From Somniosus microcephalus (lineage: Eukaryota), in the NCBI GenBank assembly GCA_052327205.1, contig CM126232.1, forward strand, positions 21,948,001-22,012,000: 64,000 nucleotides of DNA. Direction: 5' to 3'. This document shows, one piece after another, positions 36,501-48,500 of this stretch; position 1 is the first letter of the stretch; every line of letters begins with the position of its first letter. A program made the position numbers and the translations under genes. The notes below the pieces were generated by a model that was given only the letters and a program-made list of their open reading frames with translations, was not told the DNA's origin and searched no databases.

Positions 36501-39500
36501 GTGGATGGGGTGGAGGCTGTGGATGGGGCGGAGGCTGGGTGTGCGGCGGAGGCTGGGGGTGAGGTGGAGGTTGGGGGTGAGGCGGAGGCTGGGTGTGCGG
36601 CGGAGGCTGGGGGTGAGGCGGAGGCTGGGTGTGCGGCGGAGGCTGGGTGTGCGGCGGAGGCTGGGTGTGCGGCGGAGGCTGAGGGTGAGGCGGCGGCTGG
36701 GGGTGAGGCGGCGGCTGGGGGTGAGGCGGCTGGGGCTGGCTGTGGACTGGCTGGGGTTGGGGCTGGGACGAAGTCTGGACTGTTGAGAGGAGCGGAGTCT
36801 GATTCTGGGCCTTCTGCAGCTGCTGCAGGTACAGATGCATCTGACTGGGATGTAGGGGAATTGTGAGACGAGGCGGTGGTTCTTCCTCTTCCAGCATTGC
36901 TGGCGGCTGCGTCATCTGTGGTGGCTGTAGTATAGGCTGTGGGACCATGGGCGGGGACTGTGCAAGGGGCCGTGGCTGTTTCGGAGGTAGTGGTGCGGCT
37001 TTCCCGCTGGGTCTGGATGGCTGTTGAGGCAGACTACTGTGCAAAGCTAGAAGGAAAAAAAATCACAAAAGGTGAGACTTATGGGTTTTTTCAAACTCAA
37101 GTTCAGTATACAGTAGAATCTCATCACAAGATAGTTATGGATGTGGAAAGCCATTCGGCCCATCTAAATTTAGCCACCTAGAAAGGTCCTTGCGTCTCCG
37201 GCCTCTTGCAGCATCTAGCTATTTCTTAAATGATGCCAGGGTTTTTAATCTATCTCGATCTGGAATTCTAGTCTATACATTGATCACTCCCTGTATCAAG
37301 AACTATTTCCCGACATCAGCTCTAGATTTACCCATTACCAGGTTGAATGCGTGTCCCCCTTGTCCAACTCTTGCAATTTAAATTTAATATTTGGAACCAT
37401 GGATTTATCTTTTCCATTTCCTCAACCATCTTACACACCACTGCAAGGTCACCCCTCAGAACAGTTCCTCTCCAAGCCGAAGAGCCCATGTTTCTTCAAT
37501 CACTCATCATAACGCAACCCTTTGTCATTGGGGAACAGTTTCTGGCTTTTCACTGCATTGCTAAATTCTCCCTTCATACCCACTCCATCCCAACCTCTGC
37601 AAAGCAGAGGAACTAAACCTTAGTAAGCAGTTCTCTATTCACATTTCCCCCAAGAGACTCTGACCAGCATTGGTTAATGGGTGTGAGAAACAGCAGTACG
37701 GTGTGCAAAGGGTAAGAAGCCCATATATACAAAATCAACAGGGTAGATGCCAGTGCGCTGGTTAAGGCACGTAAATATGTACCTATCAATGACATTGCTA
37801 CATTTAGTTAGCACATGGGCACCAATACACTATGGTGAAAATAAAGGAAAAAATCATACTTAAGCCACCACACGCCTGGGTGTTTTTCCAGAGTTCAAGT
37901 GGATATAGCACAGAAATTCTACCCACCCAGCACGGAACCTTCACTGAATCCCAGTGGGAGAAAGAATGGCTACAATGCAGCTTCACAAAACCTCGAGCTT
38001 GATACTGTGCTTTACCAGAGGGCTGGCAATGAAACTGCCTGTGTGCACGCACCTGGAGGAGACACTACCGAATGCTGGGTGAGGTGAGGGGGCGAGTGCT
38101 GTTCAGGCGGTGGCGGCAAATGCGTCTGCAGCTCGCTCTGGTGAGGAAGGTGCATCATCGGCTGGCCAAAGTGGGGCATGGCGTCATAGGCATTGGTCAA
38201 CATCTGCGGTTCCATGATCGGAAGGGACGTCGGTACAAACTGTGGAGGTGATTGTTTCATCGGCGGTGGCTGCTGATGGTGGTGGTGGTGCTGCGGAGAG
38301 AAGGAAGAAATTCTTCATTAGAGAGCGTGCCCGAGTAATGAATGTTGTAATCGATAAAAGTTTTAGAAGGTTACTCATTTAATTTTAAACCCTGATCAGA
38401 CACACTAGGCTTGTGCTACCATTCAGGATGCTGAATGTATTTTCCAGTACAGGAAACTTTGCGCTATCCGGCACCCATGGGACCGAGCTACTGCCGTTTT
38501 TTTAAAAGCTCCGGATAGACCAGCGTCAATGTTATCAGATAGGAGCTTTTCATCGCAGTATCTGACCACAAACACTGTTGCTCAGCAACAGCTTGTAAAC
38601 ACTCGGCCCAGTAGCTTGGAAGCGTCTCTGAAGCTGTTGCTAAGTGACAGACGCTTTCCAGAGCCTGCCTGTGAAAAGAAAGCTAGGAGAATAAAAAAAA
38701 CACCTAACCAAAGCGGCTGCTGATTTCTGCCGTTAGATCAAAGTTGCCGGACATTCAACTTCCGGATAGCACAAAGTTTCCTGTATTAGGTTATTGAGGT
38801 CAAATTCTAAAATTTTCCCTCCAGCCCTCCTGGTCACCGCATCCAACATCTAATTGTAACCAATCTGTTCCCAGGCCTCATCCAATGCCACTTTGAGCCA
38901 GCTGCTGGCATACTGAAGTGACCCGGACAAGACAACTCCACTCCATTCCATACGCCTCTTCCTTCCCCCCCACCGAAGCAGACAGCAACTGGCCTCCAAC
39001 TTGCACATGTGCACAGTGAATGGGGATTGACCCCTCCCGAGGCCTGAAGGATCAAATCTGCACCTCCCAACTTCTCTGGTGCAGCAAACGGGCCAGTGCA
39101 TCGTACAATTGCACTACTCCAAAAACGGTCGGATTTATAACTTCGATATAGTGCGCACGGTGTGCTCAAATTTTGAAACCTTGGCCTTGGAGGGGGTTAT
39201 GTTGGAAAAGAATATAAACCTTGCTTTTAAAGATAAACTGAAACAGCAGCCATGGTGACAGTGGAGGCCACTGCAACCGTCTCCCCCAGCCTCATGGGCT
39301 TTCTTTGAGGGAGGGAGGGGAGGGGGGAGAAGATTAGAATCAGCAGGGTTCATGCTTTTACCCGATGTCCTTTAGGGAAGGTGGGGGCGGGGGGGAATTA
39401 GTTGGGTCTGGAGTTTAAATTGTTGTTGGCGGCTCTGTAGTTGAGACAGGCTAAACACCAGTCCAATTGGTTTCCCACATGACATGCTGAATAATCTGTC

Positions 39501-42500
39501 TCAATGTGCTAGATTCCACCCCCCCCCACAGTTCCAAAAGCAAGGATCTTGACGTAACCAACGGCAACACCGAAGTAACCGTTCCAGATTTATTAAGTTC
39601 AGCAGCGGGGAAGACTGGTGTCATTAGCCACCAGTCTCCACGCGTCTGGCAAATTTCCTTTGATGGTGCAGCTGACTGGCACGAGACACTGGCGTCAGGA
39701 AGCCACAGCGCCAGTGCATCAATAAAACAAAACAAAAAACTTACCAACAGGCAACCAAGCTTAGCGGAGTCCCAGCTTGGAAATATTAATCTTTTCAAGT
39801 GACAATTTGATAAACCTTTAAAATAAAATCTTTACAACAAACTGAGCTAATGAGAGCTCCGTTGTGTAAATCAGATGGATTCTATAACACCAGCGTTCTG
39901 CAGATATCTACTGGAGTGATTGTCTAATTTGGCTTGTATTCCCTGTGTATAGAAGATTTAGGAGTGATTTTCGAGATATTTTAAATGTTAAGGATTCGAG
40001 GGGGTAGACACAGAAACTATTTCCTCTGCCAGGGGGGAATCAAGAACGAGGGGACATAATCTTAAAATTGGAGTCATGCCATTTAGGAAGGAAATCAGGG
40101 AGCACTTCTTCACACAAAGGGAAATAAAAAATCTGGAAAACTCTTCCCCCAAAAGGCTGTGGATGCTGGGGAGTCAATTGGAGCTTTCGAGACTGAGATT
40201 TTTGTTAGGTAAGGGTATTAAGGGAAATGGAGTCAAGGCGAGTAAACAAAGCGGAGATACAGATCAGCCACGATCTAATTGAATGGCAGAGCAGGCTCGA
40301 GGGATAAATGGCCTACTCCTGTGTTCCTAATTTAAAAGAGGATACGAGCACTGCATTTCCAAAAGGTTCCAATTTACAGATTTCTGATGATGTGCAGTCA
40401 CCAGCAGAGCTGAAATACACTTGGGAGGGAGGAGCTGGTAGGTCTCAAACTTGTTTATTTTAAACCTCTTCACTTGGAAAAGAGTTAACGTTTGCTGAAT
40501 TTTACCTTTGACAAGTGGCACAATTATTAACTAAAAAGCTTTGTGATTTTCTACATTTCTCAAACCCGCATAATATCAAGCAATTGAGAAACAAAGAAAA
40601 TCATTCTTTCAGCATTTTACCAAGGCTTCAAATGTTTGAATGCCTCAAAAGGGCGATATGGAAAAATCTGATGTTTTCTTTCACACTAGATTACAATTCT
40701 CCCTCCTCCCAAAATGTAGGACATTTCTCCTCTGTTCTGCCTCCCCCCCCCTCCCCGCACCCCAGCACTATTGTTTCTGCACCATACCCGGCGAGACTGC
40801 AGCAGGCAACCTGTTCACGAGGCCTTCGATGGCATCGCTCGAGCCCGGCATTAAGAGGTGCATGGGTACGACCAGAGGAGCCCCAGACGTCAAATTTCCT
40901 TCCCGAGACATTAGCCCAGTGCTGCGGTTGCTGAGATTGTGAGCAGCCTGTTTGGGGGGGGGGGGGGGGGGGAGCGATGCAATCCGTCGCCTCTATGACG
41001 CACCATACTCCAGAAGCGTCCCCCCCCCCCCCGGCTAAAATTAAGTATCTTGAGGATAAAGCCACTGTGTTAGGGCCTTGCTATTATACCTTAAGCAGAA
41101 AGGCAAGCTGTGAGATCATGCTCACAATTCCCCCACATCAAGAGCTCCCAATCTCGGGTCAATTCTTGGGGGAGCTATAAATGGGCCAGTTTTTAAACAC
41201 ATCAGGAGAGCTGATTGTCTGCCTTTCCTCTTGGATAAGAGATTGGTGTTCATTGCTCAGGAGCGACAGGTCAACCTTGGACTGCCTGGGAGGGGGGCAG
41301 GGGCAAGAAAGAAACTGCAAATGGAGTGCCTTGGAAATGTATTTTATTTATTTTATTGCAGATTTTAAATGTAGCAACTGAAGAGATGCTCAAACCCCAG
41401 CCCACAAGTAAACAAACAGCACGCAGTCTCAGCCCGTTGGTTATTCCTACCTTCTTCTGCTCCCGTCCAGAGCGACTCTTGTGGCTGCCATGTTTGGCTT
41501 TAGGTGGCATCTCTGCAGAAGAGAGTTGAAATTGAGATGTGCTGGCTGACGGACAACCACATCTAATCCATACTGTACACAAAAGAGCTCCAGGTTGACT
41601 TTTTCTCTTTAAACAGCTCTAACAGAGGACCTGCGCACAGCAGATTACAGCAAGAGTTGTGTTTATACCCAAAAAAAAATGTAGAGTAGGAATTAAAAAA
41701 TTTTTTAAGTAGGGCTAAAGGTTACAAATTTTCTTCCTTTTCTTTAAATTACTCCCCCCCCCCCCCCCCCGCCGTTTTCATCCACCGCCTAGTTGAAGAT
41801 CTCCCCTGTGGCTTGTCCCTGCTCCCCCTGGGGATCTGAATTATGCCTCCATAATGGAACAATCAACCCCAGTCCTCCAACAGCACTTGGTCCTATTCTC
41901 CATGGGAGAGCAACTAGTCTATCATAGAAATATCTACAATAGAAGCCTCTTAATCAGGATCCCCCCCCGATTAGCAAACATTCGCTGACATGAATCTTGT
42001 CATTCATGTGGAAATGACTTATGAAATAATACTGGGTGGCCTGCTGGTGGCGCTGTCCAGGGAGAGTATAAATACTTGGGCATGGGCCCAGCTTGCGCAG
42101 AACATTCTTTTACAGGAACTAGTGAAGGACACTAGATCTCCATGTTGTAAAACAGTTGATTAAAGCTTTGTTTAACGCTTAGACCAAGTGCCTAGTAGTT
42201 TTATTACATCAGTCTCATTAGCCAGTCATTATTCTATTAAAATATGTGCTGGCTGGCCCCTCAGTGCTCAAGAATTAAGCTCAGTGACCCAACAGTTTTC
42301 TGATTCCCATTTTAGAATATTATTCTTGTGCTTTGGGTGCTGCCCCTCCCCAATATAGTGCTCCTTCCTTTCTCTGTTATGAAGGGACACGGGCAACCTG
42401 ATTCCGGGTTTTGTAACCAGCTGCAAGGATGTGGACGGCAGTGGCTGATGTCATTTTCGCTACCAGCAAGAAGGTGGCTTGTTTACAGTCAACATGTTCC

Positions 42501-45500
42501 CTTTGTTCAATGCTGTGGTTAAGTAACCATCACGCGGGTAATTGTGAATGTAAACCCGTGCCCGACAATCCTCTGGGCTCCTTGCCCCATCTCTTGCAGG
42601 GTTTTACTTACTCTGGCAGTTCCACGCCCTCTAAACTCGCTCAAGCTGGCTCTTCTAAATTCAACAGCAGGCAGTTAAGTAACCAACTCAACTGTGCAAA
42701 CAGTATTTTCTCTGCGCCGTGAAAAACAACGAGCATTGAGAGTCACTGTATCTTGTTAGCTACACACAAATGAGACGGCTTTTGTCCATTGTGCTTTCAG
42801 CTGCTGATCCAATGATGAGTGAATCACAGGATCACCATTTCCCCCAAATGATATGCAAGAGGAATTTTCTTTTTGTGCAAGAGGAATGGCTGTCCGAGAG
42901 CAGATGTTCCTTTTTAATTAACATTCTCATTAACAGGGCACGTGCTATATAGTACTGTACCGTGGGTTAATAGAATTACAATCAAATCTATTAACGGATT
43001 GCTTCTGGCACAGATAAGATGGCGACTTTCAAATGCAGGTTCAACACAACATTATAAACAAGAGTCAGGTCCACGGGGGTTAAAGAAACACGGGTGTTTA
43101 CAGCTCCGTGCACACGAGCTGTATAAAAAAATAATGCGTCTGTCTTTGTTTCCTCCGCCTCCCCCCCACCCGAAGAGGGCACACCTGCACAGGCTCGCCA
43201 CATGAATCAAGGTATTGCATTATCCTGCAGAAAGGATCTAGTCAAATGATGAACTCAAAACTTCCTCCAAAGCAGCACATTTCAACACAAGTCCTGTTAC
43301 ACATGCTGAAAATTCAGCAACAAAATGAGTGATGCAAAACTTAACACTATGGGTAGTCCCTTGACTGCTATAAAAAAATACTTGTGGTCAAAACACAAAA
43401 CTGGTTTACATCTGAGTAGCCAGCAATACGGGTGGAGGCAACATTAAATTGTTTGAGGAAGATGCTCATCTACCCTGCCCCCAAGTGAAGTGCTTCAGTC
43501 ACAAAAAAGTTTGCAGTCATCGCCTCCCTCTGACCCATGTCCAGGGCCCAGCTTTCCATTAACTGATTGCCTCAAATTGCTTGCACAAGCGCCTTCGGCC
43601 ATCAACTTCAGTATAAGGCAGGGAACTATAAAATCTAACCTAGGAACGACGAGTACCAATCCTCATCTTAAAAACTTAAAAAGAATGAGGTCCGCATGCA
43701 CAGATAGCTTCCTAGTTGGTAAACACCATCACATGGACAAACATTCAGAAGTTCACAAGTCTATTACAACATCTTGCATTTATGTAGCGCCTTTAACTTG
43801 GTAAAACATCCCAAGGCACATCACAGGAGCGTAATCAGACATAGCTTGATACTGAGCCATAGGGGGAAATATTCGGACAGGTGACCAAAAGCTTGGTCAA
43901 AGAGGGATTTAAAGGAGGAGATGTGGATAGGTTTAGGGAGAGTGGCTTTTAAAACAGGCAATTGAGGTGGCTTTTCAGATTAACAACTTGTTTTCTCAAC
44001 ATGAGCCACCTCTTTTTTTCCACAAAAGCATTAGTACAGGAAATTCTCGATTTACCGGCACCTAAATAACCAGAAATCTCTCTTAACCGGCAAAATTCAG
44101 GAATAGGTTCAGGTAAGTTTTACTTCATATTAGTTGCCATTCCTGGAACTGTGGCTGTGTAACCGGGGTTCTTGCACTTGTTGCTAAGCAACAGGGACGC
44201 TTGGTCTGTGGCCGGAGTTCCTGCACCTGTTGCTAAGCAACAGGGAAGCCTGGATTTGTTGCTGTGTACGGAGCTCTCGTACCTTTTAACTATACCTCTC
44301 TGCAATCGGGACTTTTTGATAAACCGGCACAACGCCAGTGCCGGATAAAAGAGAGTTTCCTGTACAAAGTAACCCTTTAATAGAAGTCAAATTCTTGATT
44401 AAACTAGTCTTGTTTGTTGAAGCTATCAAAGTTTCTGAAGTATTCCAGCCTCAGCTATAGGTTCACAGCACCAAATTCCCGATTCGTCATCAATAGTTTC
44501 TTTAATCCTTTAACTGCACCCGCTCCCCCCCCCGCGCAAACAAGTTGAGAAACCGAAGCAAAGGGCCAAGCCCCCCCCAGTGAAGGACGCCAGCAAGGTT
44601 GATGGAAAACAGATAAGCTAAATCAGTAGGTAGTAATTAGGTGGCAGGAGTTGATATTCAACGAGGAGGAGAAAGGGAAGAAAAACGACGATAAGGATCA
44701 ACGACAGAAGAACATAGGGAGAAAGAGCAAGAAAAAGTGATGTCTGGCAACCATCCTGTGGCATAGGAGCATCCTATGTCGGCCTTGGTGTCTAGAGAAT
44801 GATGTCACTGAACTCCAGCAGTTCTGAAGTCACAAGATTACAAATGAAGAAGGCCATTCGGTCCAACTAACTTCACAAATTCAGAAGGACCCTCAAGACC
44901 CCCTCGCTACAGCGTCTAATTATTTCTTAATTAAGTGGAGTACTGCATCCAGTTCTGGGCAACACACTTTAGGAAGGATGTGAAGGCCTTCGAGAAGGTG
45001 CAGAAAATATTTACGAGAATGATTCCAGGAATGAGGAACTTCAGTTACGTTGATTGTCTGGGAGAAGCTGGGGCTGTTCTCCTTGGAGCAGAGAAGATTG
45101 AGAGGAGATTTGATAGAGGTGCTCAAAATCATGAGGGGTCTGGACAGAGTAGAGAGAAACCTTTGCCCATTGACAGAAGGGTCGAGAACCAGAGGACACA
45201 GATTTAAGATGATTGGCAAAAGAACCAAAGGCGACGCAAGAAAAAACTTTACGCAGCGAGTGCTTAAAATCTGGAATGCACTGCCTGAAAGGGTGGTGGA
45301 GGCAGATTCAATCGTGGCTTTCAAAAGAGAGTTGGATAAGTATCTGAAGAAAAAAAATTTGCAGGGCTACGGGGAAAGGGTGGGGGAGTGGGACTAGCTG
45401 AGAGTCGGCACGGGCTCGACGGGCCGAATGGTCGTCTTCTGTGCTGTAATCATTCTAATGATTTTACGTGCAAGGTTTTCACTTGTACTACTCTATCCAG

Positions 45501-45517
45501 TCATCCTTGTATTGTTG

Positions 45518-45583
<66 letters not shown>

Positions 45584-48500
45584 GGAACTTCCGATATATC
45601 GATCCTAAATTTGCCGTTTACGAGTTTGTGTTGCCTGCTTTTGAATGGTGCTTTCACTGATTACCAGTAATTCCCCTGCACCCCATCTCCCATTTAGTAA
45701 AATGTTTTAGCGAATTCACTCAAGTGGTAGGATCTGGAAAAGCAAAAAAAGAGATCACAAATAAAGAAGTTCTTCATGAACTACACTCAATTTGAAGAAA
45801 TTAAAGCAGTGCAAGCAGTACAGGCTAAAAATATCTGGCACACCGTTCAAACCTAAAGCTGGAGATTCTATATTTTGCCAGTCACTGAAATTTAATTTTT
45901 AAATTAGGTAACAAAATATTTCACTGCAAATCAGTGCGATGGGTGTGAAAGCCATTAACAAATGCTGCACGGACCGGATAGAGGCCACCCTTTGTAAGTT
46001 TCATTAGCAAGAATAAACGTGACGAGTACTTATTTACAAGAGGCACCATTTTCTCTCAGTTGCGTTTTACCTTCGTGGGTCATTTTCAAAGCAAGCAGCT
46101 GCTCAGATCTTGCTCCTTCAGTACAGCACCAATGCAGTACAAACTTTAGTTCCCTCCCACACCCTCCACCCACCCCACCCCCCCCCAGCCATCTTTAACA
46201 ATTAACTGCACTGCAGTGAAGCTTCAGCGAAGCACCGATCAAACCTGTGATATGCAGTAGCCGTTAATTGTGTTTCTGGTTACACCTGCAATAACTGTGT
46301 TACAGTGACTAATCATTTTTTGTGAACCTTATCATTAATCGGTGGCAATGAAATGCACTAGACAGCTCCCCCAGTAGCTGGTATGTGCAATGCCTGCTGT
46401 GGCACTGAGCAGACTAGGAGGGTTTCAGGATTCACACGTCCCCCCCCCAGCTAAGACAACAGCTGGGAGCCTACAATTTGCCTCAACGCTCCTGGGCTAG
46501 GGAGGGCAAAGAGGAACCGGGGCTCCCCACTTTGGTTCGTGCACCTGCGTGGGCGTCGGGGTTGATGACGGGATCAATTCATAGTTGAGATCAAACATTA
46601 AGAACGGCCACTTGGAGGAATGGCGGCCGCACTCGGGACAATGCACCACCAGAGCCAGCGTCTTCAGATGAGATGAGAAGAAAAGAAAATCTGAACACAA
46701 GAAAGGCTAATTTCATTATCCCCAATTAACAGTTTCAGATCCCAATTACACTGACCAAGTTGCTTTTATATCCATTTAGTGGCAGCTAGTGTGCTCAAAT
46801 CCTGATGCATGGGGTCTCGGGCAACATTTTGGTGTTTTTTTTTTTTACTGGGCGTACCCCACCGTTGGCCTTAGAAAACCCATCAAGTTTACTTTGATGT
46901 TGTTGCTGGTTGCATAAGACCTGTGCGTCGGGAGTAATAATATGGCACATCGGCCAATATAAAAGGCAGCTTCCGTGGCTCAACACCATCAGAGCCATTC
47001 TGCATCACAAAGGTGTCCAAAGGTGGCCATCAGTGAACCAGCAAAATTCAGCAGGCAGAACCTTCAATTTGTCTTTTAAGCAGTTAAATCACGTCACGGA
47101 GCAGCAAGCCGGCCACACCTCTATTTACATCCTACTCATGGAAGAGTCACCGGAGTTATAAATTGCATTTCACAATTCCCCAGCCAATCTCCTTCATACA
47201 CATTTGATGGGGCTCCATTACAATGCAATTACTCTCACGAGCTAGAACTGGAGAGGATCTATTCTGCGTAGTTTAAGAAGCAGAATTAATTAGACCAGGC
47301 TACTTCAAACCGATCATTTCAGGTTCACAATTTATCTTGGTCGTTGCGTCTGATTGCTTCACGTGGAGTTGCAGATTCAACGTCGTTAATTCACTGACGC
47401 TTAAATCATTCTGAAAAGCGAAATAATTTTTCCCCCCACATTCCTGAAGCTTTTTGAGTGGATCAACTGTTTCTTTTAACTACTCTTGCTTTTTTGTTCA
47501 GACAGCTCTTTAACTTGGTAAATTGCAAGCCATTTATTAGTGACAGTTGTAGGAAAGTTGATGAGAGGGTTGTCCCAGGAGGAGATGGAGTAGAATAGGC
47601 TTATACTCTCTGGCGTGAAGAATATTGAGGTGTGATCTCATCGAAACATACAAGATTCTGAAAGGACAACAGAAGACGCTGGGAAAAACTCAGCAGGCCA
47701 GGCAACATCCGTGGAAAGAGAAACAGAGTTAACGTTTCAGGTCGAAGACCCTTCTTCAGAACTGAGGAAAAAAAGCAGGAAATGAAACAGATTAACAGGC
47801 CAGTTAAGGGGCTGGGAAACGGGGGGAGGGGATGAAAGAACAAAAGGGAAGGTCGGGGAGAGGTGAAGAGACATCAAGAGATACGCAAGACGAGGCCAGA
47901 TGGTAATAGGACAGGTAAAGAGACAAAAGATGGCTCTAGATGAAGTGTGAAATGCTCTGGCAGAGTGAGAGACAGCTGCCATGTGGGAGAGAAAAAAAGG
48001 AAAAGGCACAAACCAAAGGTGTGGATAAAAAATATATAAAAATATAATAGGGGCCGAGGTTATGATCTGAAATTGTTGAACTCGATGTTGAGCCCGGAAG
48101 GCTGTAAAGTGCCTAATCCGAAGATGAGGTGCTGTTCCTCGAGCTTACAAAGGGCTTGACTGGGTAGATGCCGAGAGGCTGTTTCCCCTGGCTGGAGAGT
48201 CTAAAACTAGGGAGCATCGTCCCGGGATGAGGGGGGGGGTGTCGGGCTTTTCAGACGGAGATGGAGACATTTCTTCACTTAGAGGGCGGTGAATCTTTGG
48301 AGTGCTCTACCCCAGAGGGCCGTGGATGCTCACTCGTTGAGTATATTCAAGGTTGAGAACGGTAGATTTTTGGACTCGAAGGGAATCGAGGGATCTGGGG
48401 ATTGGGCGGGAAAGTGGAGTGAGTGCACGTGCGCTAAAGGCGTGTTAACAGCATTCGGTTCATTTTTAGGGTCCTGGAAATAAATTATTGCCCCTTTGGT

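Noticed and set aside
36438-36866. Plus-strand ORFs rich in AEAGCA or RRRLGV repeats
   Set aside because: Antisense shadows of the BRD4 PPPHPQ array.
40691-41065. CpG-rich segment with G/C runs and a 124-aa minus ORF as an extra BRD4 exon
   Set aside because: The flanking exons join in phase without it, there are no convincing splice sites and no homology was recognised; probably a repeat remnant.
29826-42211. Two same-orientation LTR-like repeats 12 kb apart as the ends of one provirus
   Set aside because: The interval holds six conserved BRD4 exons, no gag/pol is visible and no shared TSD was found; these are independent solo copies.
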